From Mobula hypostoma (lineage: Eukaryota): a stretch of 64,000 nt of DNA. Location: assembly GCF_963921235.1 (NCBI RefSeq), contig NC_086108.1, forward strand, positions 107,510,001-107,574,000. Direction: 5' to 3'. The notes under the pieces are model-generated. The model saw only the letters and a program-made list of their open reading frames with translations. It was not told the origin of the DNA and did no database searches. A program made the translations under genes and the position numbers. How positions within the stretch are numbered: the first letter of the stretch is position 1; each line of letters begins with the position of its first letter. This document shows, one piece after another, positions 35,900 to 47,744 of this stretch.

Positions 35900-38275
35900 C
35901 TCCCAAACTTCTGGAGTTTTGTTTTCTCCAGCTTTGTCGAAGGGGCTCAACCTGAAACGTCGACTGTACTTTTTAATATAGATGTTGCCTGGCCTGCTGA
36001 ATTCCTCCAGCATTTTGTGTGCGTTGCTTGGATTTCCAGCATCTGAAGATTCTCTCTTGTTTCTGGAATACTAGTAGTGTCTTCCATAGTGAAGACCGAT
36101 GCCAAATACTTCATCAGTTCACCCGCCATTTCCTTGTCCTCCATTACGACCTCTCCAGCATCGTTTCCCAGTGGTCTGATATCTATTCTCGCCTATGACC
36201 ATTTTGATTAGCTTGTATCTTTTGTTTCTAACAACTACAAGAGATTCTGCAGATGCAGGAAATCTGGAGCGTCACACACAAAATGATGGAGGAACAACAA
36301 GACAGGCAGCATCAGTGGAGAAGAATAAACTGTTGACTTTTCAGGCTGAGACACTTCATCTGGACTGGAAAGGAAGGGGGAAGAAGCCAGAATAAGAAGC
36401 TTGGGGCAAGGGAAGGAGGATGGCAGATGATAGATGAGTAACACACACAAAACTCAGCATCTATGGAAATGATATTTCAGGCCAAGACCCTACTTGAGGG
36501 CTGGAAAGAAAAAGATGAGGTTAGATCAAGAAGGTGGGAAGAGGGGAGGAAGAAGTACAAGCTGTAGGTATAAGGGAATGGGGGAATAGAGTGAAGTAAG
36601 GAACTGGAAAGTTGATTGGTAAAAGTGATAAAGAGCTAGAAAGGGGGGGAATCTGATAGGAGAGAGTAGAAAACCCCCTTCACCATTCCCATTCGCATTT
36701 CCCACTCTTGCCTCATCTCCTTACCTGCCCAACAACTCCCTCTGGTGCTCCTCCCCCTTCCCTTTCTTCCATGGTCCTCTACCCTCTCCTATTAGATTCC
36801 CCCTTCTTCAGCCCTTTATCTCTTTCGCCAATCAACTTCCCAGTCCTTTTTTCACCCTTCCCCTTCTCCCAGTTTCAGCTATCACCTACCCCCTTCTACT
36901 TCTTCCTCCCTCCTCCCCCATCTCTTGATCTAACCTCATCTTTTTTTCCAGTCCTGATGAAGGGTCCTGGCCCAGAATGTCGATTGTTTGCTTTTTTCCA
37001 TCAATGCTGCCTGACCTGTTGAGCTCCTCCAGCATTTTGTATGTGTTGCTTAGGATTTCCAGATTTTCTTGTCGAAGCGATAGTGGGAGCAGATGAGGAG
37101 GAAGGTGGATGGTTAGCGGGGAGGGGGATGATGGTTCGTGAAATGGGTAAAGGGCTGAAGAAGAAGGAATCTAATGAGAGAGCAGAGTGGACCATGGGAG
37201 GAAGGGAAGGAGGAGGGGCACCAGAGGGAGGTGAGGGGCAAGTGATGAGAAGAGAAGGGGTAAGAGAGAAACCAGATTGGGGAATGGAAAAAGGGAGGGG
37301 AGAGAAATTATCAGGTGTACAAAAACATTTTACCAGACTGAATACGAGGTTTTGCTCCTCCAATTCTGAATGTGGCCTCATCATGGCGGTAAAGGAGGTC
37401 TTGGACCGACAGGTTGAATGGGAAGTCAAATTAAAATGGGTGGCCTTTTGTGGCAAAGGGAGCAAATGCACTCGATAAAGCAGTCATCCAATCTACATTA
37501 GGTCTCACTGGATACAATAGATGACCCCGACAGACTCGCATGTGAAGTGTTGCCTAATTTCCACCTATCACCTCCCTGTTTCTTATTTCATCCCTGACTC
37601 CCCCATCAATATCAACCCACCATCCCCCTCACCCGGTCTCACCTATCACCTGCCAGCTTCTGACTTCATCCTCCCTTCCCCTCACCCGGTCTCACCTATC
37701 ACCTGCCAGCTTCTTACTTCATTCCCCCTTCCCCTCACCCGGTCTCACCTATCACCTGCCAGCTTGTACTCCTTCCCCTCGTCCCCCCACCCCACTTTCT
37801 ATTCTGGGTTTTCTCTCCTTTCCAGTCCTGCTGAAAGGTCTTGGCCTGAGTCATCGGCTGTTTTTTCCCCTCCATAGATGCTGCCTGGCTTGCTGAGTTC
37901 CTCCAGCGTTTGACATGTGCTATTTATTTAGAGGTACAGTGAGGAAGAGGTCTTCCGACCCAGCGAGCCACACTGCCCTGCTAACCACCTGGTTAACCCC
38001 AGCCTCATTGTAAACCACAGGACAATTTACAATGAATGACCCATTAACCGACTAACTAACCGGTATGTCTTTCGACTTGGTGGGGGTCGGGGGGCGGGGG
38101 GGGGAGAAAACCCACACGCGCTTGGGAAGGTCGCGCAAACGTCTTTACAGAGGATGCCAGAACTGAACCTCAAACTCCATTGCCTAGGGCGGTAATAGTC
38201 GGGCTAACTGCGCCACTGCTATAACTACTATGTTGCTCAGGATTTCCAGCATCTTCAGACCCTGTTGTGTTTGTG
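35900..38275. mobile_element. Nest of Penelope-like pLTRs in alternating orientation, with CR1 and V-SINE scraps
   Basis: At least five pLTR termini, decayed hammerheads (e.g. 36950-36985 AGUC CUGAUGA AGGG UCCUGG CCC AGAA UGUC GAUU) and a GIY-YIG C-terminal remnant (ATHFNLTSHS..LEEQNLVF). Confidence 0.75.
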
Positions 38276-40169
38276 ACCCTCTCCCCCTTACCCTTTTTAA
38301 TTATTATTCAGAACCGTGAACCTCTCCATCCTCAACCGAGTAACCTTAGCATCACACTGGGTGAGTCAGCCTCGCCTGTGTTTTGAGCCGCTGACTTTCT
38401 GACTCAGTGTCAAGAGTGGGAAAACGAGCCAGTTTTTAATTCAAACAAATACAGCACGTTCTCCCCGTGGTGCTCTCAAGTTCAGTGTCTCAGTAAATCT
38501 AGACTTTACAGCCGCACCACTAATGATTAGATTCCAGAATTATGAAAAATAATCCTGATGGAAATGGATGAGCAAACTGCCGGCAGAGTGTGTGCATAAC
38601 ATGCGTTCAAATCCTCAGAGGCCACAATGCCGGCTAAACACCACTGTTAATTATCCCTGATTAATACAATTAACACCATATCATTTGCTCATGTATATTG
38701 ATAAAATAGTTTATTACTAAGTGATAAAATTAGGAGAGAGAGACTAGCAGCTTCTCTGCACCGGGTTCCTGAGCTGACTGTTCCTGCTGGTTCAGTTCCT
38801 GAAGTGTCAATGATGTGTCGGTGGGTAATCTCTCCTCCCACACAGAAGATTCCAGCCTTACACCACTCTACCGCGATATCAAGCAGCAGCCTTTCTGAAC
38901 CAGAATCAGGTTCAATGTCACTGGCATATGTTGTAAAATGTCTTGTTTTGTGGCAGCAGTGCAGTGCAATACATAATTTAAAAAACTATAAAGTACAATA
39001 AAAAATGTAAAAATTAACTTAAGTAGTGCAAAAAATAGAGGGGGAAAAATAGTGAGGTGGTGTAAAGGGTTCGTTGTCCGTTCAGAAATCTGATGCCGGA
39101 GAGGAAGAAGCTGTCCCTTCGACAAGGTGATCTGTGATCCTCAATTCTCTCCTCCACTGAAATGAATGATATTAAACGGAAAGAGTTTGTGACATATTTG
39201 CCACATCATATTTTCACTAACATGTCTTCTTCTTATGCTATCACAAACAGAGACTTTATTTTCTTAGAAGTTTGCATAAATCGAGCATGTCACCTATAAC
39301 TTCGACAAGCTTCTACAGACGGACGGTAGAGAATATCCTAACTGGCTGCTTCACAGCTTTGAAATAGAAACACAAATGCCCAGGATCAGAAGAGAGACGG
39401 ATAGCTGGAAGAGGTTAAAGGCTGCGGAAGAAGGAATCTGAGAGGAGAGGGGAGTGGGCCATAGGAGAAAGGGAAGGAGGAGAGGCACAAGAGGAAGGTG
39501 ATAGGCAGATGAGAAGAGAAGGGGTAAGAGGGGAGCCAGAATGGTGGCTGGAAAAAGAGAGAAGGGGAGGGGGATGAAATAACCTGAATTAGAAAAATCA
39601 ATATTCATGCCATCAGGTTGTAGGCTACCCAGACACAATATGAGGTGTTGCCTCTCTAACCCGAAAGTGACTTCATTGTGCCAGCAGAGGAGGTGAGAGT
39701 AGACCATGGGTGAAAGGGAAGGAGGAGGGGCACTTGAGGGAGGTGATAGGCAGTCAGAGAGGTACCCCCAAACCCTAGCCAATCTCTATTCCTCTTTATT
39801 CATATCTGGATCGGAATTCAGTTGTCAGAGACTGCACTTTTTGTCCATCGTTCAGAATGGTGTGCTTTTAATCTCGGCAGGGAGGGGATGGAAGAGAAGC
39901 TGTTTAATGGTGACCTGAGGGGTACATTTTTTACGCTGAGAATGGTAGGTGCCTAGAAGGTTGTTTGGTGGAGTTTGAGGCAGTTTAGATAAACACATGG
40001 AAGGAATATTTTCCTCTCTCTGGAGCAAAGGACGGTAGAGTTGTATAAGCAGATAAGACACATAGAGCAAATGGGTGTCTAGAGACTTTCCCAGGGGAGA
40101 AATAGCTAGTACAAGGGACACAATTTTAAGGTTTTTGGAGGAATAATTATCTCCCTTAAGACAGACTTA

Positions 40170-41530
40170 ATAGGTTTGTTCACCTCATCTTCCCACCACC
40201 TTAACAGTGATAGAGTTCCCCTTGTCCTTACCTACCACCCCATCAGCCTCTGCATCCAACACGTTATCCTCCATCTGCATAGGGATCCCTATCACTAAAC
40301 ATAGCTTTATCTCCACCCCACCCTCTCTCTCTTTTCCACAACTACTTTGTCCATTTGTCCTTTCCCACTAAACTGTTTCCTGGTACTTATGCCTTCAAGG
40401 GGCCCGGGTGCTACACGCGCCCAAGCACCACCTCCATTCAGGGCCCCAAACAGTCCTTCCAGGTGTGGCAACACTTCACCTGCAGATCTGCTGGGGTCAT
40501 CTATTCTGTAGAGTGCTCCCTATGCAGCCTCCTCTACGTTAGTGAGACCTGTCATAAATTGGGGGAACACCCCGTTGAGGACCTCTGTTCCATCTGCCAC
40601 AAGTGGAACTTCCCAGTGGCCAAACATTTTAATTCCCATTCCCATTCCCACTCCGGTATGTCGGTCCAATGTCTTCTCTTGTGCCAAGATGAGGCCACCC
40701 TCAGGGTGGAGGAGAAACACCCTGCATTTGTCTCGGTAGCCTCCAATCTGATGAAATAAATGTCAATTTTTTTTTCTGGTAAATAAACCACCCCATATCC
40801 CCCCGCCTTTCTCTGTTCTCCATTCTGAACTTTTACTTCTTCTCACCTACCTATTACTTTCCCCTGGGTCCTGTCCCCCATTCCTTTCTCCCATGATCCA
40901 TTCTCCTTTCCTTATCAGATTCCTTCTTCTCCAGCCCATGACCCTTCTCACCCACCTGGCTTCACATAGTCATACTTTATTGATCCCGAGGGAAATTGGG
41001 TTTTGTTACAGTTGCACCAACCAAGAATAGAGTATAAATATAGCGATATCAAACCATAAATAATTAAATAGAAATATGTAAATTATGCCAGGAAATAAGT
41101 CCAGGGCCAGCCTATCGGCTCAGGGTGTCTGACCCTCCAAGGGAGGAGTTGTAAAGTTTGATGGCCACAGGCAGGAATGACTTCCTATGCGCTCTGTGTT
41201 GCATCTCGGTGGAATGAGTCTCTGGCTGAATGTACTCCTGTGCCCAACCAGTACATTATGTAGTGGATGGGAGACATTGTCCAAAATGGCATGCAACTTG
41301 GACAGCATCCTTCACTTATCACCTTCTAGCTATCCTCCTTCTCCTGCCCCCCCCCACTTTTTTATTTTGGCATCTTCTCCCTTCCTTCTCAGTCCTGAAG
41401 AAGGACCTCGGCCTGAAAAGTGGACTGGTTGTTCACTTCATCGAAGTTGCGTGACCTGCTGAGTGGCTCTACCATTTTGTGAGTGTTGCTCTGGTGTCCC
41501 AGCATCCGCACATATCCTTGTCTTTTGGTT
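40170..41530 (+). mobile_element. Penelope-like element 3' part (GIY-YIG endonuclease plus pLTR) with nested Rex1 3' fragment (~40966-41310, -)
   Basis: ORF 40355..40759 QGPKQSFQVWQHFTC.SAGVIYSVECSLCSLLYVSET..PVAKHFNSHSHS..LRVEEKH; pLTR ends in a hammerhead remnant at 41391-41426. Confidence 0.88.
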
Positions 41531-41987
41531 TGTCATCTGCAGTGAGGTAGCACTGGGAGGGGGAGGGGACCGTACACCATTTCACATCAGTACTTTGACG
41601 TTGTACAAAGGGAAAAGCGATAACAATGCAGATTTTTTGTTACAGTTAAAGAAATGTGCGGTGCCAGTGGACAATAAGGTGCAAGGGGCATGATGAGGCA
41701 TTCTTTGTGATCAAGAATTAGTTTTCATCATACAAGAGCTTTGTTCAAGAGTCTTACAACAGCAGGATAAAAGCTCTCCTTGAGCCTGCCGGTACGTGTT
41801 CTCAAGTGTTTGTATCAGAGTCATGGATTAAAACAGAACAGAGGCAGGCTCCGGCCCAATCAGTCTGTGCCAACTGCGATGCCAACCCCCCTCCCCAGGC
41901 TAGTCCCAGTTTCCTGTGTTCGGCCCATATTCCTCGAAGCCATGCCACTCTGTATACAGATCTGAGTGCTTCTTAAATAACACTATC

Positions 41988-42350
41988 GCCATCATCATCA
42001 TTATGTGTCATGTCATATGACGTAGGTGACCAAGTCTCATGATTGCTCTTGGCAAATTTTTTGACAGAAGTGGTTTGCCATTGGCTTCTTCTGGGCAGTG
42101 TCTTTACAAGGTGGGTGACCCAATCATTATCAATATTCTTTAGTTGTCTGCCTGGCGTCAGTGGTTGCATAACCAGGACTCGTGATGTGCGCCAGCTGCT
42201 CGTACGACCAGCTACCACCTGCTCCCATGGCTTCACGTGACACTGATCAGGGGACTAAGCAGGTGCTACGCCTTGCCCAAGGGTGACCTGCAGGCTGGCG
42301 GGGGGAAGGAGCACCTTTGTTAGAGGTGTATCTCCACCCTGACACCCTAT
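41988..42350 (-). mobile_element. RTE-tailed short non-autonomous element
   Basis: BovA/RTE-like GAAGAAGCCAATGGCAAACCACTTC and (GAT)n tail; copies at ~54600-54968 (+), ~60270-60650 (-) and ~51665-51845 (-). Confidence 0.75.
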
Positions 42351-43124
42351 TACCATTGTACCTCTCCTCAGATACTTCCTTTGGGAACTCATTCCATATA
42401 CTCACCACCCTGTGTGTGAACACATCTACCCCTCAGACCGCTCTCACATTAAGCCTGTGCCTCTAGATTTAGACTCCCCTACCCTGGGGAAAAAATGTTA
42501 GCAGCCACCTTACTGAAGCTTGTCATCGTCTGCCTCAGTAAAGCGGCCAACATAATCCAAGACTCCATCCATTTCGGGGGGGTTCTCTCTTTTTTCCCCG
42601 CTCCCTTTGGAGAGCACGTTCCACCAGGTTCAAGAACAGCTTCTATCCCACTGTCATCAGATGCTTGAAAAGACCTCATAACAGATAAGATGGACTCTTG
42701 ACCTCACAATCTCCCTCAACATGATCTTGCGCTTTGTTTTCCTACACTGCACTTTCCTTGGTAGCTTTTGCATTTATTTCCTCATTGTCATTGTTTTACA
42801 TTATTCTTTGGGGGTTCTGAGCCAACACAATTATGAAAAAGGGTCCGTGGATTCCAGGTTGGGAACCACCATCCAGCCCAAAGCACTGAGTAATGATTTG
42901 ATCTGTATAAACAATATAAACTGTGGCATTGTAAACTTTCCCTTACCAACTACCCCCCCCACCCCCCCGACATGTGCCTAATGCTTGGCATCCATTCGAA
43001 GGGAAGCCATTTTTTTTTAAATGAACCAAATAAATTGAGGGCAGCTGAGTAGCATAGCGGGATAACTCAACACTTTACACTGACAGCGGTCAGGGTTCAA
43101 TTCCTGCTGTTGTCTGTAAGGGTC

Positions 43125-45825
43125 AGGAATGGATTCTCAATATTCCTGGATTGCAGTGCTTTAAAAGGGGTAGAGAGGGGGGGAAGGGGAGGAGGGGTGG
43201 CATTACTGGTCAGGGATACTATTACAGCTACAGAAAGGGTGGGTAATGTAGCAGGATCCTCTTTTGAGTCAATATGGGTGGAAGTCAGGAACAGGAAGGG
43301 AGCAGTTACTCTATTGGGGGTATTCTATAGGCCCCCTGGAAGCAGCCGAGATACAGAGGAGCAGATTGGGAGGCAGATTTTGGAAAGGTGCAAAAATAAC
43401 AGGGTTGTTATCATGGGTGACTTTAACTTCCCCGATATTGATTGGCACCTGATTAGTTCCAAGGCTTTAGACGGGGCAGAGTTTGTTAAGTGTGTCCAGG
43501 ATGGATTCCTGTCACAGTATGTGGACAGGCCGACCAGCGGGAATGCCATACTAGATCTAGTACTAGGTAATGAACCGGGTCAGGTCACAGATCTCTCAGT
43601 GGGTGAGCATCTGGGGGACAGTGACCATCGCTCCCTGACCTTCAGCATTATCATGGAAAAGGATAGAATCAGATAGGACAGGAAAATTTTTAATTCGGGA
43701 AGGGCAAATTATGAGGTTATAAGGCTAGAACTTGCAGGTGTGAATTGGGATGATGTTTTTGCAGGGAAATGTACTATGGACATGTGGTCAATGTTTAGAG
43801 ATCTCTTACAGGATGCTAGGGATAAATTTGTCCCGGTGAGGAAGATAAAGAATGGTAGGGTGAAGGAACCATGGGTGACAAGTGAGGTGGAAAATCTAGT
43901 CAAGTGGAAGAAGGCAGCATACATGAGGTTTAGGAAGCAAGGATCAGATGGGTCTATTGAAGAATATAGGGTAACAAGAAAGGAGCTTAAGAAGGGGCTG
44001 AGAAGAGCAAGAAGGGGGCATGAGAAGGCCTTGGCAAGTAAAGGAAAACCCCAAGGCATTCTTCAATTATGTGAAGAACAAAAGGATGACAGGAGTGAAG
44101 GTAGGACTGATTAGAGGTAAAGGTGGGTAAATGTGCCTGGAGGCTCTGGAAGTGAGCGAGATCCTCAATGAATACTTCTCTTCGGTATTCATCAATGAGA
44201 GAGAACTTGATGATGGTGAGGACAATATGAGTGAGGTTGATGTTCTGGACTATGCTGATATTAAGGGAGAGGAGGTGTTGGAGTTGCTAAAATACATTTA
44301 GGATGGATAAGTTCCCCTGGCCTGACGGAATATTCCCCAGGCTGCTCCACAAGGCAAGGGAAGAGACTGTTGAGCCTCTGGCTAGGATCTTTATGTCCTC
44401 ATTGTCCACGGGAATGGTACTGGAGGATTGAAGGGAGGCGAATGTTGTTCCCTTGTTCAAAAAAGGTAGTAAGGATAGTCCGGGTAATTATAGACCAGTG
44501 AGCTTTACGTCTGTGGTGGGAAAGCTGTTGGAAAAGATTCTTAGAGATAGGATCTCTGGGCATTTAGAGAATAATGGTCTGATCAGGGACAGTCAGCATG
44601 GCTTTGTGAAGGGCAGATCGTGTCTAACAAGCCTGATAGAGTTCTTTGAGGAGGTGACCAGGTATATAGATGAGAGTAGTGCAGTGGATGTGATCTACAT
44701 AGATTTTAGTAAGGCATTTGACAAAGTTCCACACGGTAGGCTTATTCAGAAAATCAGAAGGCATGGGATCCAGGGAAGTTTGGCCAGGTGGATTCAGAAT
44801 TGGCTCACCTGCAGAAAGCAGAGGGAGTACATTTGATTGGAGGGTTGTGACTAGTGGTGTCCCACAAGGATCGGTTCTGGGACCTCTACTTTTCGTGATT
44901 TTTATTAATGACCTGGATGTGGGGGGTAGAAGGGTGGGTTAGCAAGTGTGCAGACAACACAAAGGTTGGGGGTGTTGTGGATAGTGTAGAGAATTGTTGA
45001 AGATTGCAGAGAGACATTGATAGGATGCAGAAGTGGGCTGAGAAGTGGCAGATGGAGTTCAACCCAGAGAAGTGTGAGGTGGTACACTTTGGAAGGACAA
45101 ACTTCAAAGCAGAGTACAAGGTAAATGGCAGGATACTTGGTAGTGTAGAGGAGCAGAGGGTTCTGGGGGTACATGTCCACAGCTCCCTGAAAGTTGTCTG
45201 ACAGGTAGATAGGGTAGCTAAGAAAGTTTATGGGCTGTTAGCTTTCATAAGTTGAGGGATAGAGTTTAAGAGTTGCGAGGTAATGATGCAGCTCTATAAA
45301 ACTCTGGTTAGGACACACTAGGAGTACTGTGTCCAGTTCTGGTCACCTCACTATAGGAAGGATGTGGAAGCATTGGAAAGGGTACAGATGAGATTTACCA
45401 GGATCCTGCTTGGTTTAGAAAGTATGCATTATGATCAGAGATTAAGGGAGCTAGGGCTTTACTCTTTGGAGAGAAGGAGGATGAGAGGAGACATGATAGA
45501 GATGTGCAAGATATTAAGAGGAATAGATAGAGTGGACAGCCAGTGTCTCTTGCCCAGAGCACCATTGCTCAATACAAGAGGTAAGGGGTGGGAAGTTCAA
45601 GGTGGATATTAGAGGAATTTTTTTTACTCAGAGAGTGGTTGGTGCGTGGAATGCACTGCCTGAGTCAATGGTGGAGGCAGATACACTCGTGAAATTTAAG
45701 AGACTACTAGACAGGTATATGGAGGAATTTAAGGTGCGGGGGTTATATGGGAGGTAGGGTTTAAGGGTTGGCACAACATTGTGGGCTGAAGGGCCTGTAC
45801 TGTGCTGTACTATTCTATGTTCTGT
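43125..45825 (+). mobile_element. CR1 LINE ORF2 (APE endonuclease plus RT), disrupted, inserted in a V-SINE
   Basis: [61 protein letters not shown]; stops and frameshifts present. V-SINE head at ~43040-43122 and body resuming at ~45826. Confidence 0.95.
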
Positions 45826-45949
45826 GTTCTCCATCTGACTGTGTGGATGCCCTCCAGTTGCTCTGGATTTTTCCCATATTCCGAAGACGTACATGTTAGG
45901 GGTAGTAAGTTGTGGGCACAGTATTTATGGATTCAGTGAATCTGTGCCT

Positions 45950-46362
45950 TGAGGTTTCTGTAACTCCTTCCTGATGATAGCAATGAGAACAAGGCATGAC
46001 CTGGGTGAGAGAGCCCTTAATGATGTAGCTGCCTTTTGGGGGCGTCACTCCTAAGATGTGCTGGACGCTGGAGAGGCTAGTGCACGTGATGGAGCTGACT
46101 GAGTTTACAACTCTCCATAGCTTACTTCGATCCTGTGCAGCAGCTCCCCCCCCCCATACCAGACGGTGATGCAGCCTGTCAGAATGCTCTCCATGGTACA
46201 ACTGTAGAAATTTAAGAGTGTTTTAGGTGACATTCCAAATCTCCTCAAACTCCTAATGAAATACAGCCACCGGGGTGTATTTTTTGCAGCTGCATTGATA
46301 TGTTGGGTCCAGGTTAGATCCTCAGAGATATTGACGACTAGGAACTTGAAATTGCTCACTTG
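45950..46362 (-). mobile_element. Rex1/Babar RT C-terminal fragment
   Basis: FKFLVVNISEDLTW..LRRFGMSPKTL..ESILTGCITVWYG. Confidence 0.85.
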
Positions 46363-47744
46363 AAGTGTTAGGAAAATGGAATTGGGAGGGTGTTTCAGAA
46401 GAGAAATGGGACAGTTTCCTGCTCCAATGTGTTATTCATCCAGAATAAACACATCCCACTCACCCGAGCAGCAAATGATGCTGTTTAATGCTTGGTTGAT
46501 TTATGAATTTATTTAATGAGATATGATTACTTTATCCAGAAACCGTCATGCATGTCAGCTGCTTTAGCTGGACCATATGTGACCTCCATTATTATTTTAA
46601 AGAAAAGCACCAAGTAAAAAAGCAAGTACTTCTACATGAACTCTGCAGGCTTGAAGTTGGTAATTCATGTTTCTCCAGTCAAAGCAACATGCTATTTGAA
46701 CTGTAAATTTAAGTTTCCCTTCATGTTGCAGCTGTGAGGTTGGTGTTTCATTTTTGGGTCATTGGTTCTCCTTGGCTCTGGGAGCAGGGGTGTGACTGAA
46801 CAAGAAGCAGGTCTCCTGAGGCATGATGGGAGGAAGGGGAGGGTTGATGCTTTGCTGTGCTTTTGGGGCGGGGGGGAGGTGGAGGGGTTTTGGAGTTCTA
46901 ACGTTTTTCTGTCATTCTTTGGGGTTTTATTTCTGTTTCGTATATGTCTCCATTGAGTAAGAATTTCAGGTTGTGTACTGTATACATTCTCTGATATTAA
47001 ATAGAACCATTGAATTATTGAAAATCAGGAGCTTTCTTTGTCATATGTTGAAAGTAAGTTTATCATCGAAGTACATTTATGTCACCAAATACAACCCTGA
47101 GATTAAGTTTCTTGTGGGCATATTCAGTAAATCTATAGACTAATAACCACAACAGAATCAATGAAGACCTCCCAATTTGGGCATTCAACCAGAATACAGA
47201 AGGCTACTGTGCAAATACAAAAAAAAGAAGAAACAATAATAATAAAAAAAACAGCAATAAATATTGAGAACATGGGATGAAGAGTCCTTGAAAGTGAGTC
47301 CATTAGTTGTGGGAATGGTTCAGTGATGGGGTAAGTGAAGTTGAGTGAAGATATCCCCTTTGGTTCAAGAGCCTGATGTTTGAGGGGTAGTAACTGTTCC
47401 TGAACCTTGCGGTGTGAGTCCTGAGGTTCCTGTACCTTCTTCCTGATAGCAGCAACAAGAAGAGAGCATAACCTTGGGGGTGGGGGACCCTGATGATGGA
47501 TAATGTTTTCCTGTGACAGCACTCCATGTAGATGTGCTCAATGGTGGGGAGGGCTTTACCCATGATGGACCAGCCTGTATCCACTACTTTTTGTAGGATT
47601 TTCCATTCAACGGCATTGGTGTTTCCATACTAAATTATAAATTACTATAAATTGCACATTACACTTTTAGGTGGAGATGTAAAGATTTTTACTCTTCATG
47701 CATATGAAGTATGTCAGTAATAAAGTCAATTCAATTCAATGTAC

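Noticed and set aside
41391..41426. Active hammerhead next to the GIY-YIG ORF
   Set aside because: The cleavage triplet reads GUG and stem II is disrupted; counted only as a decayed copy.
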